Assembly (NCBI GenBank): GCA_051313645.2
Contig: JBNRSN020000003.1
Coordinates: 494,078,001 to 494,142,000, forward strand
Reading direction: 5' to 3'
DNA: 64,000 nucleotides
Source of the DNA: Centroscyllium fabricii
Taxonomy: Eukaryota
Shown here one piece after another: positions 25,259 to 38,890 of the stretch. Numbering within the stretch: the stretch's first letter is position 1; each line of letters starts with the position of its first letter. Below the pieces are notes generated by a model. It was not told where the DNA came from and did no database searches. It saw only the letters and a program-made list of their open reading frames with translations. Position numbers and translations under genes: made by a program.

Positions 25259-25845
25259 TAGAAGAAGACTGCAACTCGACAGAACATCCATACAAGAAGT
25301 CATATATAGAAAGCTCCCCTCCGGAAGATGACCCATTCTACAGGTCCTCAAGTTACTCCCAGCAACAAAGTCTTACTCCCACTTATAGGACTGACTCAGC
25401 ACAACGACAAGCATGCATGTATGCTGGCTCAACACCAGGCACGGACCCCAGCTCCAGCCTCGATGACATTAATTGTAACACTTGGGCCACCGTTCCCTCA
25501 TACAGCAGCTGCACAGTGACTGCAATGCAACCCATGGACAGACTGCCCTACCAACACTTCTCAGCACATTTCACATCAGGCCCGTTAATGCCCCGCATCT
25601 CTGGAGTTGCCAACCACACGTCTCCACAGATAGGAGACACCCACAACATGTTTCAGCATCAGCCCTCCGTTTCTCACCAGCCCATAGTCCGGCCGGGCGC
25701 TCCTCAAGCTGGGATCCAGTCTGCAAACAATCTTCAACCTGCTGACTACTTGTATCCACATGGCATGTCAAGAACCCTCTCACCACATCAATACCACTCA
25801 GTACATGGAGTGGGCAGAGTGCCCGAATGGACTGAAAACAGCTAA
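25259..25845 (+). CDS. tbx5: TBX5 last coding exon ((V)[13 protein letters not shown]...[12 protein letters not shown])
   Basis: In frame with ORF 25417..25845, with TBX5-type C-terminus ([33 protein letters not shown]). The acceptor is ambiguous (exon start 25259 or 25262). The joined CDS is 1569 nt with the CAG acceptor. Confidence 0.95.
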
Positions 25846-27550
25846 TTCAAAGAACTTTCTGTTGATCTGACATACATGAATGTTTGCATTTGTTGAAGCT
25901 GGACATTAGTTCAAGCAATATTTAAAAATATATCACAACTGGCTGTAATTTTCAAGTAACAAAACTTTATAAAAGCAAATATAGTTGAAATATTCTTCCC
26001 CTCCCTCCCTCCCTCCCTCCCCCCTACTCTATTTATTTGAATGATATTGAAATAGGTCATTCGCAGAAAACAAGAGTGAAGGGTTCCATCTGGTGGATGT
26101 TTCTCTGCATTGTATAGTTAATGTTTCTGAGGTGTTTCATTTGTAAAGTGGGTCGAAAGCTGCAAGATAATTATCATGCAAACAGAAGGATCATCAGCGG
26201 AATGTGTACAGTTCCCCTTGTTGAACCAGTCTTGCTTTAATTTTGTGTTGCCGCCGTAAACTCACGTGGCATAGGTGAAGAGGCATGATGCGGAGTGATG
26301 AGCAAAGGAGGATTTCTTTGTGCTAGCACCTGCATGCCTACACATATCACTTAAAGGAGGAAATAGTTACCACCATTTCTCTGGGCAGTTACCATTACAT
26401 TTCCTTTATAATTATTTCAAAGTGTTACCAGCAGGGTTTATAGTGGACTATATCAAGCAAAACGTTTATGAAGCCGACTGATTAGTAAAGTACACTTTTT
26501 AATGTAAAAAATGTAGCATTTTACTACATTTATAGCTTTAATATTTCCAAAGTAAGTCTAAACAAACCTGAAGAGCTATTGCGTGCATAGCAGTGATGGG
26601 GAGGGAAGGGAATCAACCTTCCTACACTGTAAAGGAATAATTAGCAATACCAAGTGATTAAAAGCTTATGTAGGAATATCACATGGCTAACACCTGTTTA
26701 AATACATTATTATAAATCGGTAATATCAAGGACATAAGCAAGAATGCAATTTATCTATAAATAAGCATTGGATTTCAGTAACATTGTAATAGTTCCACCA
26801 TTTAACTTAACCCCTCCCACCCCATTAGCGAGACTATGGCCGAGAATACAAATAAATTCCAGAGTACAATAAGATATTCATTGGAGTCCCTAAAACTTGA
26901 ACAATGTTGTGGAGACGCTATATGCTTAAGTATTCTGACATATGTCTTGTGCTTCAGAAATAATTTAGGATGATGTTACTTGCTTTGTTCATAGAAAAGA
27001 TTGGAAAACGTAGGGGAAAGTGCACTATGTTAACTGGGAGGCCTATTTCCAAATGCATAACAATGGGACAACTCAACGTATGTACATGCAAAAATTAGTG
27101 GATGTAAATAATGGAGAGCACATAGACATTCTTTGTTTCACATACAGTAAATGTTTTATACAGATTCCCATTTACAGCTATATATGTATGATATTTTGAT
27201 CATGTGATTCTTAGCATCAAGGTTTTAATTGTCTCCACTTTTGAGCAATACAAGTGTTTACATCATAAGACAAAGGATAATATTCTTAAATTATGTATCA
27301 AGCAATAAGTAACTGTTTATTCAACATGAACAAAGTGCAGAAATTGCTTGTATTAATTATTACTATCTTTCTGGTCAATAGTATTTATTGTTGGACAATC
27401 CTAAAAGTGCTTGTTTTTGGAGTATTAAGAATGATTTATTGTTAGAGAAAAGTTGTTATAGAAGTGTGGTTGGAAGTTATTTGGTGTATAAAAGAGATGA
27501 ATCAATTATGCTTCATTGTAAATAAAACACATCTGTATATACTGAAATGA
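25846..27550 (+). other. tbx5: tbx5 3' UTR with likely polyadenylation signal AATAAA at 27521-27526
   Basis: AT-rich, repeat-free sequence after the stop; AATAAA at 27521 and another at 26851. The end is inferred. Confidence 0.55.
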
Positions 27551-29254
27551 AATAACTTCACATACTATCTTTGAGTGACTTACCTTTTCTCTGGCACTTT
27601 GTTCTGAATCTCTATCCATACAAATAGGGATTTGCCATTGAATGGGTTAACTAAGTCAAATACTCATGCCTGTAAAATATTGTAAAGATTGAAGCTCATG
27701 ACCGCAAACATGTATAGAAAATATAGTGAAATCACTTTCATTACATTAAAGGCAGTTAACACACATATATGAACATCTGCCTTTGTGTTTGTTGATTCAG
27801 ATTGGATCACACTTTATAATAACTAGTTGTGACTTTTGAAGATAAAAGGACCCCAATTACATATTTAGAAAATATCTCTATCAGCATAGACTCATAAATG
27901 ATGTACTTATATTAACGCATTAATTGTGTGCTATTGGCTAGTGTGGCCACTTGTGTGATGCAATTGTTCTCAGTGAAGGGCACTTATATAGATTTTAGTT
28001 TTTAGACTGCACTCGGTTTTTGAACTGTATATTTGCAATGCAAAACACAGCCATGGGAAATATCATACAGTAAATAAATAAGCCTTGTTAAAAAGAACTA
28101 GTGATTTATAACAGTGGTCCCTTTAAAATAATCAGTGACCAAAATACAATTAATGTACTACATAAGATCCCTGGCATCAACTATTATACAGTCATCATAA
28201 GAGCACATCGAAAGTGGAAATTGCATTTTCATATTGATGTATCATGATATGAAATATTATTAATATGCTTGACCAAACTTAACAATTAACTGATGTGATC
28301 AAATCAGTGAAGAACTGGTTATTTTATATGATGATTAACGAATAGTTATTGCACTATTAGTTTTCCTTTCCATTTCCACTAACTTTGAATACTCTACCTG
28401 TATTATATAAATAACAGTTAGGTGATGATTTCATTTCTAATTGCTGGCAGTGTTTAAATCCACAAGCGAAACTGTAGTTCACATTACATTAATGTAATTT
28501 TGCTAAAGCACTCCAGATCTGTACGAAAGTAACAGTTTAATCTTTTTAATTACGCCAACCACAGTCCTCTGCCACAAGGGTGCAAGTTGTGTCCAATAAA
28601 GTAGGTTTTGATTTTCCACAGTTCGAAACTTTAAGACCATTAAAAAAAACTTAGGATTGATTTTGAAAATGTAATAACAGCACAAAACCAAAGACAAAAT
28701 GCATGTAAAATGTGATTCACTGTTTCTATAATCAGCAGTTATCGGTATTAAAAATAGCAGATGTGGCCAGTCCCACTCAATACCACCGCCGCCCGTCCCT
28801 CCAAACCCCCCGCCACCTGTGTGACCCCACTACTTTACCAAAATTGGCAACACCTAAGCATAGGCATCCATTTACTATAATACGACACTGGCAAATAAAT
28901 GACTACTCATGCATTTCACACAAGTATTGAACGATTATGAGAGACAAGGCTTCTCTTGTTTATTCCTTGCTAACAGCCAGCAACAATTCTCTGCTGCGTA
29001 TGAAACATTTGAACACAGAGGTTCAAACAAAACATTGACCTATCTCCAGCTGTGAAAATCTACAATTTTGAAGTGGTCCACATCATTCATAAAGAATTGG
29101 TAGAAATGCAAAAACTGAAAAGAGGAAATTTCTTTCTAAATGGCAGATTAAATAAAAAATTTGGACTGATCTTTCCAAATGAAAATGGTCTTCATTTCTT
29201 CTATGATGTTCTGAGGGGTACTCTGCTATTTTAATTTTATTCCTGTCTTGCTAG

Positions 29255-29582
29255 AGTTCACGGGTGGCCTCCAGTTAGTTCCTCACCCAAGTGACCATTA
29301 TTTATATGTGATATTTAGCAACAAATGCGGTCAGGTTATTCAGCTGCTGAGGCAGTGCAGTCAAGCCAGATCCTGTGTCTATACTCAATGTCTACTCCTA
29401 GCAGATGTCATGGGATAGTGATCAAAAGGAGAAATCTGTGGACCATTTTCAAGCGACCGAGGCAAATTGTCAACATCTCCACCATTGAGACCAGCTAACT
29501 CGGCAACGATCAGAGATCGAACTTGGGCTCTTCCTGATCTGTGTGGCTCAGGTGGATACATTTCCTCAGACCATCAGGGGTG
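29255..29582 (-). mobile_element. Old tRNA-derived SINE-like repeat
   Basis: The minus strand has a B-box-like AAGTTCGATC followed by GCCGAGTTAGCTG; degenerate. Confidence 0.4.
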
Positions 29583-30282
29583 CCATTTAAACACCGTTGA
29601 TTAATTTTTGTTGGATAAGAATTGCTATCAGAAACTTGATGCTTATTAAAAGTAGCAGCACTGTTCATCACTGTCTCGTAGCAACTGGCACAAATATAAA
29701 GATGCTTTATCATGATTATTAGGATGAGACCAGTGTTTAAATGATGACCTTTAAAATGTTTGAAATATTCTGTGAGCTTTAGTTGTTTTAGGTCAATATA
29801 TTCTTTGATAGTGACCTGATCTAAACATTTACTCCTTTATAATTTTGATGAATATGCATAAAATATAATTTTCAAAGCATTTTTATGATATTGAATAACA
29901 TTACCCCCAACAGTGTAAATCAAGCCATACTTAGCATGTAACACTTCCTACCAAACAACACATTCTCCGCAATTTAATCTTTTACAATATATTAAACATG
30001 CAGAAATTGACATACAACATAGTTCCATCCTTTTATCTCACCCCCATCTTACGTTATACTCTCTCCATCATAAGCAATGGAGCATCTCCCAACACAGGGG
30101 CTGAGGCTTGTACCAGATTTCTGCCAATGCTGGTTTCAGCTGACTCCTAGGAGATGTACAAAAGCAGCATGGAGCAACTAAGGCTGCATTTACCCTGCAA
30201 GCACAGTGTTGGTGCATTGCGATTTTTGCATCACAGATAAGTTAAACTGGCAGTGTAAACCTGAAGCCTGGGCCCAGCCTAC

Positions 30283-30408
30283 ATTTCCTACATTGCAACA
30301 GTGACTACACTTCAAAAAAAGTACCTAATCGGCTGTAAAGCACTTTGGGACATGCTGTGGTTGTGAAAGGCACGATAAAATGCAAGGCTCTATTTTTTTC
30401 TTTCTTTC
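30283..30408 (+). mobile_element. SacSINE1-like 3' tail
   Basis: TTTCCTACATTGCAACAGTGACTACACTTCAAAA...GGCTGTAAAGCACTTTGGGAC. Confidence 0.7.
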
Positions 30409-31279
30409 AACTTGACCCTGGAGTGAAGTAGAGTGAGAATCTTTGGAGGAGGGAGTTTCATACTGCTTTGGACTGATACCTCATGAAGGGTAGATCTAGC
30501 ACAATGCCACATTTGGTTTGCTGTACTGTGTTTGTAAGCTCAGCTAATTTCACTTACTCCCCTCGCTGCATTCTAACCATTTGACTTTGTAACTGTTGGA
30601 AGAAGGATTTGCCCACCCCTGTATCCAGGCATGCACACAGCTTTCTCCTGGGTAAGCCTGTTACAGTTCCAGCCAAGCAGGAGCCATTCAATCTAATCAC
30701 AGTTCTGACTGGCTGGAACCCGAACTGCAGGTCAATGTTGAGTGCACCCTAATTCTGTCTTTCTTCTTTCAGGGGTGAGAGCTCTCCAGCAATGGTTGGG
30801 AAATCATTAAATCATGAGGATAGAGCTAGCATTTTACTACTGGATAACAAATTCACTTAGGAAACAGGCAGTCTCTGAAACAGCACATTTTGCAAAGCAT
30901 CTGGAGAATACTGTGTATATCACAGTATTAACATCCACTGAGTAATATTTATTGAACATTAAAAAACAACACATTTTTTTGCATTACTGACAGTTTCTGA
31001 CAACAGCGAAGAAGATTATCTGGTCATAGAATTATGGAATGATACAGCACAGAAGGAGTCTATTTGGCCCTTCATGCCTGTGCTGGCTCTTTGAAAGAGC
31101 GATCCAATTAGTTCCAACCCCCTGCACTTTCCCCATAGCCCAGTAAATTGTCCCTTCTCAAATATGTATCCAATTAGTTTTGGAAAGTTATTATTGAATC
31201 TGGTTCCACCACCCTTTCAGGCAGTGCATTCCAGATCACAAATACTTGCTGCTTAAACAAATGTTTCCTCATGTCGCCT

Positions 31280-32710
31280 TGTGATGGAATAAACCTTATT
31301 TCAAGAGATACACCATAATACAAATAGATTTCTGACATTATTAATATATGATATACTGGGTTTAAAAATCTAAAGCCTCGGAGACACAGGCTGCAAACAG
31401 AAAACAGGCTTCTGAGATGGGATGGTTTGATAACAAAGTTGTAAACACCACAAGCTTTGAAATGGGAATTGATTGTTAGTGTTAATACAAAGGCCCTATT
31501 GAAATAGCAGTTTGGTGCTTCAGAAAGGTCTGTGGTTTGGAACCAACATAATGAAATGACTCAAGTAAAGTGTTAGACACTGACACTTCGAACAGGAACA
31601 GAATATTAAAAAACCATGTGCCTTTGTAAAATTAACATCAATAAGATAGGAAACATGATTAAATATGCAACCAATTGAAGTAAATAAGAAAACAAGTAAA
31701 CACTCTAGTTAAAGTGGTTTTGATTTACATATAGTAAATATGATACCTGCAGAACACTTTGAAGATATAACTTCAATAGATACACCAAGCAATTACCTTG
31801 TTTTTAAATTGAACTTGGAACACCACAGAGTCACAACGTCAGCTAAAACCAGTTAAGCCAATATTAGGAATTGAATGAAAGATCTTCAATAAAAATGACA
31901 GCAAATAAATACTACTGTCATAGTATTTTATGATAACTCTTGAACACCTAAAGGTAGAGACATAATTATGCATGCAGCAGCTAACTTGACAATAAGATAG
32001 AAAGCATTCAACAGAGAAAATGAATAAGACAACTAGCTTACATCAGCAGGAAACTTCAAAGAATAAACCACAAAAAAAAATGAAAGATAAAGCTTTTCAG
32101 ATGAAAAGTCAGAAGTCACTGAACAGGCAAGCATTTCTCAACTTCACAGGCATGCTCTGTAAGTTTTTAACTTTGAGTCTCGGGTAATCAAGGTATTTGA
32201 TTTTGGTGGATGTTCTGGATTTAGAAATAAGTAAGAAATGTAGAAATGTAACAAAATAAAGATTTGAAAATAAGGATCTCTGAGAAATAAGAAATGTAAA
32301 CTAATTGTTTTTGAACTGTTAATGTTGTGACTGACTCAGCAGCAAATGAATGGCAGCCCTTAAATAAATCTATATATTTTTATAATTGTCTCAAAGAATA
32401 TTTCTGTATAAACTCATGAACCCAATTTCTGCACTCTTTTGAAAGGAGTTGCAGAATTGTGGGGGTATTCTGGAGCCTCATAATATCCGGAAGGTTACAG
32501 TCTAGTTAAAATGATTAAAAATGCTATCTGAAGGACAGTAACATCTTCAGCCATTCCTTTCCTTTAGGGAGAGATAGCCTGAACCTTTAGACCCATTTAA
32601 ACATCTTATAGAATTTGGCTATCTCTAACTTTAGTTGAAGGTGAACTTCTGGGGAATACACCTGATCTGGGGTCGCCCGAAAAGGGCTACGACTTGTAAT
32701 TATCCCTTCA
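31280..32710. mobile_element. Probable solo LTR (1431 bp) inserted in the CR1
   Basis: TG...CA termini and a 4-bp TSD GCCT (31276-31279, 32711-32714). The CR1 sequence rejoins across it; no ORF. Confidence 0.75.
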
Positions 32711-35628
32711 GCCTCTGCTTCTTTTACCAATCACCTTAAATCTGTGTCCTCTGGTTACCGACCCTTCTGCCACTGGAACAGTTTCTCCTTATTTACTCTA
32801 TCAAAGTCCTTCAAGGTTTTGAGTACCTATATTAAATCACCCCTTAACCTTTGCTGCTCTAAGGAGAACAACCCCAGTTTCTCTAACCTCTCCCTATAAC
32901 TGAAGTATTTCATTCCTGGTTCCATTCTAGGAAATCTCCTCTATACCCTCTCTAAGGCTTTGATATTCTTCCTAAAGTATGGTGCCTAGAATTGGCCACA
33001 GTACTCCAGCTGGGACCTAACCCATGTTTTATAGGTTTAGCTGGGTCTAACTAGAGATTTATAAAGGTTTAGCATAACTTCCTTGCTTTTGTACTCTATG
33101 CCCCTATTTATAAAGGCAAGGACCCCGTATGCCTTTTTCATAGCTTCTCAACTTTCCTGCTACCTTCAAAGACTTGTATAAGTGCCCCCCAGGTCTCTGT
33201 GCCCTGCAGCCCCTTTAAAATCATACCATTTACCTCTCCTCATTCTTCCCATCAAAATGAACCACTTCACACATACCTGTGTTAAATTTCATCTGCTGTG
33301 TGTCTGCCCATTTCACCAGTCTATCTATGTCCTCCTGAAGTCTGTCCTATCCTCCTCACTGTTTACTACATTTCAGAGTTTTGTGTCATCTGTAAACTTT
33401 GAAATTATGCCCTGCATACCCAAGTTCAGGGCATTAATATATATCAAAACGAGCAGTGGTCCCAGCATTGACCCTGGAAGGTAGTGCTGCTCATTTTCCT
33501 CCAGTCTGAAAAACAACAGTTCACCACTACTCTCTGCTTTCTGCCCCTGAGCCAATGTTGTATCCATGCTACCACTGACCCTTTAATTTCATGGGCTTCT
33601 TTGCTAAAAAGTCTGATATAGTATTTTATCAAACAACTTTTGAAAGTCTATATATACATCAACTGCACTACCCTCATCATCCCTGTCCGTTACTTCATCA
33701 AGGAACTCAATCAAGTTCGTCTAATATAATTTGTCTTTGATAAATCCATGCTGGCTTTCATTTATTAACCCATACTTTTCCAAGTGTCTGTTCATTTTGT
33801 CCTGGATTAACATCCCCAAAAGTTTCCTCACCACTGATGTTAGGCTGATTGGCCTGTAGTTGCCGGGTTTATTCCTTTCCCCTTTTTTGAGCAGGGGTGT
33901 ACCATTTGCAATCCTTGAGTCCTCTGGCACCATTCCCAGATCTGAGGTTAGAGCTGCTGCAATTTTCACCCTTACTTCCCTCAGCAACTTAGGATGCATC
34001 CCATCCAGACTGGGTGACTTTTCTACTTTGAGGACTGCCAACCTTTTAAATACCTCCTCTTTATCGCTTTTTATCCTATCCAATTACTCTACTACCTCCT
34101 CCTTTACTGTGGCATTGGCAGCATCCTCTTCTTTTGTGAAGACAGATGCAAAGTACCTCAGCAATGCCCTCTGCCTCCATCAGAAGATTTCTTTTTTGAT
34201 CCCTAATCAGGCCCACCCTTCCTTTGACTATCCTTTTACTATTTACATCTTTATAAAGACTTTGGAGTTCCCCTTTATGTTACCCACTAATCTATTATCA
34301 TACACTCTCTTTGCCCTTCTTATTTCCTTTTCCAGTTCTCCCCTGAACTTTTTATTTTGAGCTTGGTTCTCTACTGAATTATGAAGCCAGCATTTATTTT
34401 AAGCCTCCTCCTTCCGCTTCATTTTAACCTCTTTATCTTCATGCATCCAGGGAGCTCTCACTTTGGATGACCTTCCTTTAGCCTTCGTGGGAACATGTCC
34501 ACTCTGTACCTGAATCATCTCTTCTTTGAAGGCTTCCCATTGCTTACTTACTGTTTCACTTGCCAATCTTTGATTCCAATCCACCTTGGCCAGATCCCTT
34601 TTCAACTCACTGAAATGAGTCCTCCTCCAGTTGAATATTTTCCCATTTATATTTCCTTGTCCTTTTCCTACTTCTCTTAAACTAATGATATTCTGATCAC
34701 TGTTTCCCAAATGCTCGTCCACTGAAACATGTTACACTTGCCGCAATTCATTCTCAGAACTAGATCCAGCACTGCTTCCTTCCTCATTGGGAAGGAAACA
34801 TACTGACCAGGAAAGTTCTCTTGTACACATTTCAGGAAACCCACCCCTCCCTTTGCCCTTAACACTCTTAGTTGTCCAGTCTAAATTAGAATAATTGAAT
34901 TCCCCCATTATCACTGCTCTAATGTTTTTGCATCTTTTTCAATGGGCCTGCCAATTTTCCCCTCTATCTTCTTCCCACTGTTTGGTGGCCTATAGTACAC
35001 ATCCAGCAGTAAATAGCTCCTGTGTTGTTCCTTAATTCTAACCAAATAGATTCTGTCCTTGAACCCTCAAGTACATCATCGCTTTCTAGTGCTGTAACAA
35101 TATCATTAATCAATATTTCCACCCCCTCCTTTTTCTTTTTCCCTATCTTTCCTAAGTACATTGTAGTCAGGAATATTAAGTGCCCATTCCACCCCTTGTT
35201 TGAGCCAGATCTCCATTATTGCACTATATCATAATCCCATGTGGCTACTTGTGCCTGCAGCTCACCAACCTGATTTCCCACACTCCATGCATTTACACCA
35301 TGCTATCTGAACCCATCTTAGTCTACCTCACATATCCCCCCATCTGATCCCTCCTATTTCTGAACTACTCTTTATTCTAATGCTGTTTATCTCACCCAGT
35401 TCTCTGTGCACCTTGTATCTCCTCTTTAATGCCTCATCCTGGTGCTCCTCACCCTGCCAAATTAGTTTAAACCCTCCCCCACAGAACTAGTTAACCTTTC
35501 TGTGAGGACATTGGTTCCAGCCCTGTTGAGGTGCAACCCATCCATTTTGTACAGGTTCCTCCTGCCCCAGAACAGGTCCCAATGCCCCAGGAGTCTGAAG
35601 CCTTCCTGCCTGCACTATTTCTCCAGCC

Positions 35629-36100
35629 TTGAAGCTTTGACCATGCTCAATCAGCTCCGATGGACGGGTCACATTGTCCGCATGCCCGATACGAGACTCC
35701 CAAAACAAGTGCTCTACTCGGAGCTCTGGCACGGCAAGAGAGCCCCAGGTGGGCAGAGGAAATGCTTCAAGGACACCCTCAAAGCCTCCTTGAAAAATTG
35801 TAACATCCCCATTGACACCTGGGAATTGCTGGCCCAAAGCCGCACAAAATGGAGGAGAAGCATCCGGGAAGGCGCCGAACACATTGAGTCTCTTCGCCAG
35901 GAGCAAGTGAAAGCCAAGCGCAGGCAGCGCAAGGGGTGCACATCAACCCAAGCAACTTACCCACCTGTCCCTTCAACCACCGTCTGCCCCACCTGTGACA
36001 GAGACTGTAGGTGCCGCATTGGACTCATCAGTCACCTGAGAACTCATTGTTAGTGTGGAAGCAAGTCATCCTCGGTTCCGAAGGACTGCCTAAGAAGAAG
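35629..36100 (+). mobile_element. 5'-truncated RTE-clade LINE
   Basis: LRWTGHIVRMPDTRLPKQVLYSEL..GGQRKCFKDTLK..CPTC..LISHLRTH; (AAG)3 tail; 12-bp TSD ATTTCTCCAGCC. Confidence 0.9.
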
Positions 36101-37175
36101 ATTTCTCCAGCCATACATTAACCTGTCTTATTTTACTGCTCCTATACTCACTAGCATGTGGCATTGGGAGTAATCCAGAGATTACTACCTTAAAGGTCCT
36201 ATTCTTTAACTTTCCCTCTAGCTCCTGAAACTCTGTCTGTAGTACCTCAACCCTTTCCCTAACTATGTCATTGGTTCCAATGTGGACCACAACTTCTGGT
36301 TGTTCCCCTTCCTTCCACAAAATGTACAGTTTAATGATGTCCTTTACCCTGGCACCAGGGAGGCAATGCACCATGCAAGACTCACATCGATGGTTGCAGA
36401 AACACCTGCCTATCCCCCTGACTATCGAATCCCCTATTACCACTTGGCTGTGCCCGCCCTGTGCAGTCATTTGTCCCATGGTGCCATGGATGTTCTCTGG
36501 ACTTCACTCCCTTAATGTGTCATCATCCTGAAAACCAGTTGGAGAGTGGTACACTCCTGGAGGATTGCTGCGCTGTCTGACTCTTCCTAACCTGCCGGAT
36601 GGCCACCCACTTACTATCCATTTGAACACTCTGTAGCTGTGGGGTGTCCACCTCCTGAAATGTGTGCTCCAGGATATTCTCAGCCTCCCGTCGGCCCTGC
36701 AGTGACTCCAGCTGCTCCTCAAGCAACTGGAGGCACACATGGTTACCCAGGATACATGAAGTGTCCTGGAGTTCCCACATGGCAAAGGAATTGTAGGCAA
36801 TGGGTCGCAACTGTCCCATCATTTTGCTTAAAATTCTATTTACATTTGTATGTATATATGTGTGTGTGTGTTTTAGTTTAGTATCTCCTTACTTGTATTT
36901 ATTTTTAAATTATTTATGTATACCAGATTTTTATTTAATGCAATTTGGATCCCTTTAATGTTGATATGCTCTACTTAGTTAATTTTAATTGTATCTCCTT
37001 AGAGCTAATTAATTACTCTGATTATTTATATATTTATTGTTGCTGCTTGGTTTAAGTTACTTAGCACCTCCTTTCCCCTCTGCACCGATTGCCCACTCTC
37101 ACCAAATTCCCGCCCCCACTCTGTTTAGCAGATTCACCCAACTCTCTTTCTTCAAGCTCTGTGCATACAGCTCTG

Positions 37176-37342
37176 ATCACAGTGCTGTTTGTGGGAGCTT
37201 GCTGTGCGCTAATTGGCTGCCTCTTTCCTACATTACAACAGTGACTGTGCTTCAAAAGTACTTAATTGGCTGTAAAGCACTTTGGGATGTCCTGAGGTCA
37301 TGAGAGGTGCTATAGAAATGCAAGTCTTTCTTTTTCTTTCTT
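37176..37342 (+). mobile_element. SacSINE1-like 3' part
   Basis: GCTGTTTGTGGGAGCTTGCTGTGCGC..TTTCCTACATTACAACAGTGACT..CTTTC tail. Confidence 0.75.
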
Positions 37343-37517
37343 TCCTTGAGTAAATACATTTAAAACAAATGTCCTACATTTAAGTTTATAAATTTTAACT
37401 ATAACTACACCGAAAAGCCAATGATATATAAAAATATTGCCTGGAAGAATGTTTTGTTACATATAACAACTGGCTCAAAAATGCTTCAATTATGTAAAGA
37501 TGGCTACTAAAACACAT

Positions 37518-38639
37518 GGGGGGAAAAATTGGGTGGCTTGCGCCAGCCGTTAGTGCCCTAAGATGGCTGCTAATGGGGTGCAAGACACCTAGCGCCTGAG
37601 CTGATGTCTCCCGTTATATTCAGTGGGGCTCTGGCGGTGGCGGCAGCCGATAGCGCCCCGTAGTGCTGCGCCGCCGGTGATGACATCATTGCCATGCTCA
37701 GTGCTTCGCTCGTGCCCCAGCCTCAAACTTCACTCGCACCCCCTGACTTAGAAACATAGAAACATAGAAACTAGGAGCAGGAGTAGGCCATTCGGCCCTT
37801 CGAGCCTGCTCCGCCATTCAATGAGATCATGGCTGATCATCCAAACCCAGTACCCCGCCCCTGCCCTCTCCCTATATCCCTCTCGAGCCTGCATCAACAC
37901 ATATCCCACCCTATCCCCGTAACCCCACATATTTAATCCCCCTAACACTAAGGGTCAACTTATCCTGGCCAATCAACCTAACCCGCACATCTTTGGACTG
38001 TGGGAGGAAACCGGAGCACCCGGAGGAAACCCACGCAGACACGGGGAGAATGTGCAAACTCCACACAGATAGTACCCGAGGCTGGATTTGAACCCGGGTC
38101 TCCAGTGCTGTGAGACAACAGTGCTAACCACTGTGCCACCTTGCCGCCCTTAGTGCCAGACGCTGTCACCGATAGGGTCAGGGGGACGCAGTTGCAACCA
38201 GGCCAGCGCTACTTAAAGGGGGGGTGGGGGTGGCGGGCGGCCATTTTTCATGCTGGCCACCTGCCAGCACCTGCCCCCACTGCCGTCCCCGGTCTTCCCC
38301 GATGACCCCCCGCGGGGTGCTGGCTGTGCTCCGTGAGCCCGGTACTTCCCTTGAATGCTGGGCGCCTTTGGCGGCACTCTGATCCCTGGCGGCCCAGCGG
38401 GGCTCCGGGCCATGCCACGCTAGGCCACTGCTCTTTAAGAAGGGGAGGTAGACCTGCACTACCGCGGCGCAGCGTGCTGCAGAGCGTGGCGCAGCAACAG
38501 ACAGTGGCCCGAACCTCAGCTGTTGCGCCCAAGGAACGAGGTGGGGCACCTGCTTGGGGTGCTAAAACCTAATTTAAGGCGCAATGGCGCTAACGTTTTC
38601 GGGGCGCTAATTTCTGAGGCGCAACCCAATTTTCCCCCC
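37518..38639. mobile_element. GC-rich non-autonomous TIR element (PIF/Harbinger-like MITE), interrupted by a SINE
   Basis: TIR GGGGGGAAAAATTGGGT / ACCCAATTTTCCCCCC; homologous to 40854-41611, 51055-51532 and 62643-63380. Confidence 0.8.
37749..38149 (-). mobile_element. HE1/V-SINE-like SINE with CR1-derived tail
   Basis: V-domain GTGTGGAGTTTGCACATTCTCCCCGTGTCTGCGTGGGTTTCCTCCGGGTGCTCCGG; near-identical to 42058-42447. Confidence 0.88.
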
Positions 38640-38890
38640 ATTAGATTAAAGGTAGGGTGAAAATCGTGGAACAAAAGGAATTTGTATACTGTTACTGCAT
38701 GTCACTGCACTATGGCAAACAGTCAGAAAAACTTATTAAGAATGATGAAGCCATTAACAAAGAAAACACATTAGTTTCAGAATGTGTTGAGTTAGAACTA
38801 TTCATCAACCCCAGGCTAAACCAATATAAAGAAATAATATGTACATGATCACATAACAAAATGAGATGGAAGAACTTATGATACTGTTAG

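Larger units (their letters stand above)
31026..37175 (-). mobile_element. Near full-length, decayed CR1 LINE (ORF1 Zn-finger + SGNH esterase; ORF2 APE-RT), interrupted by two insertions
   Basis: ORF1 pieces VVIGDSIVRG..CLPGARVKDI..VVVHIGTNDI (36090-36479). ORF2 pieces GEFNY..LDW, KPGNYRPISLTSVVRKLL, SQHGF, ISKFTDDTKL. The 3' tail lies at 31026-31279. Confidence 0.9.
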
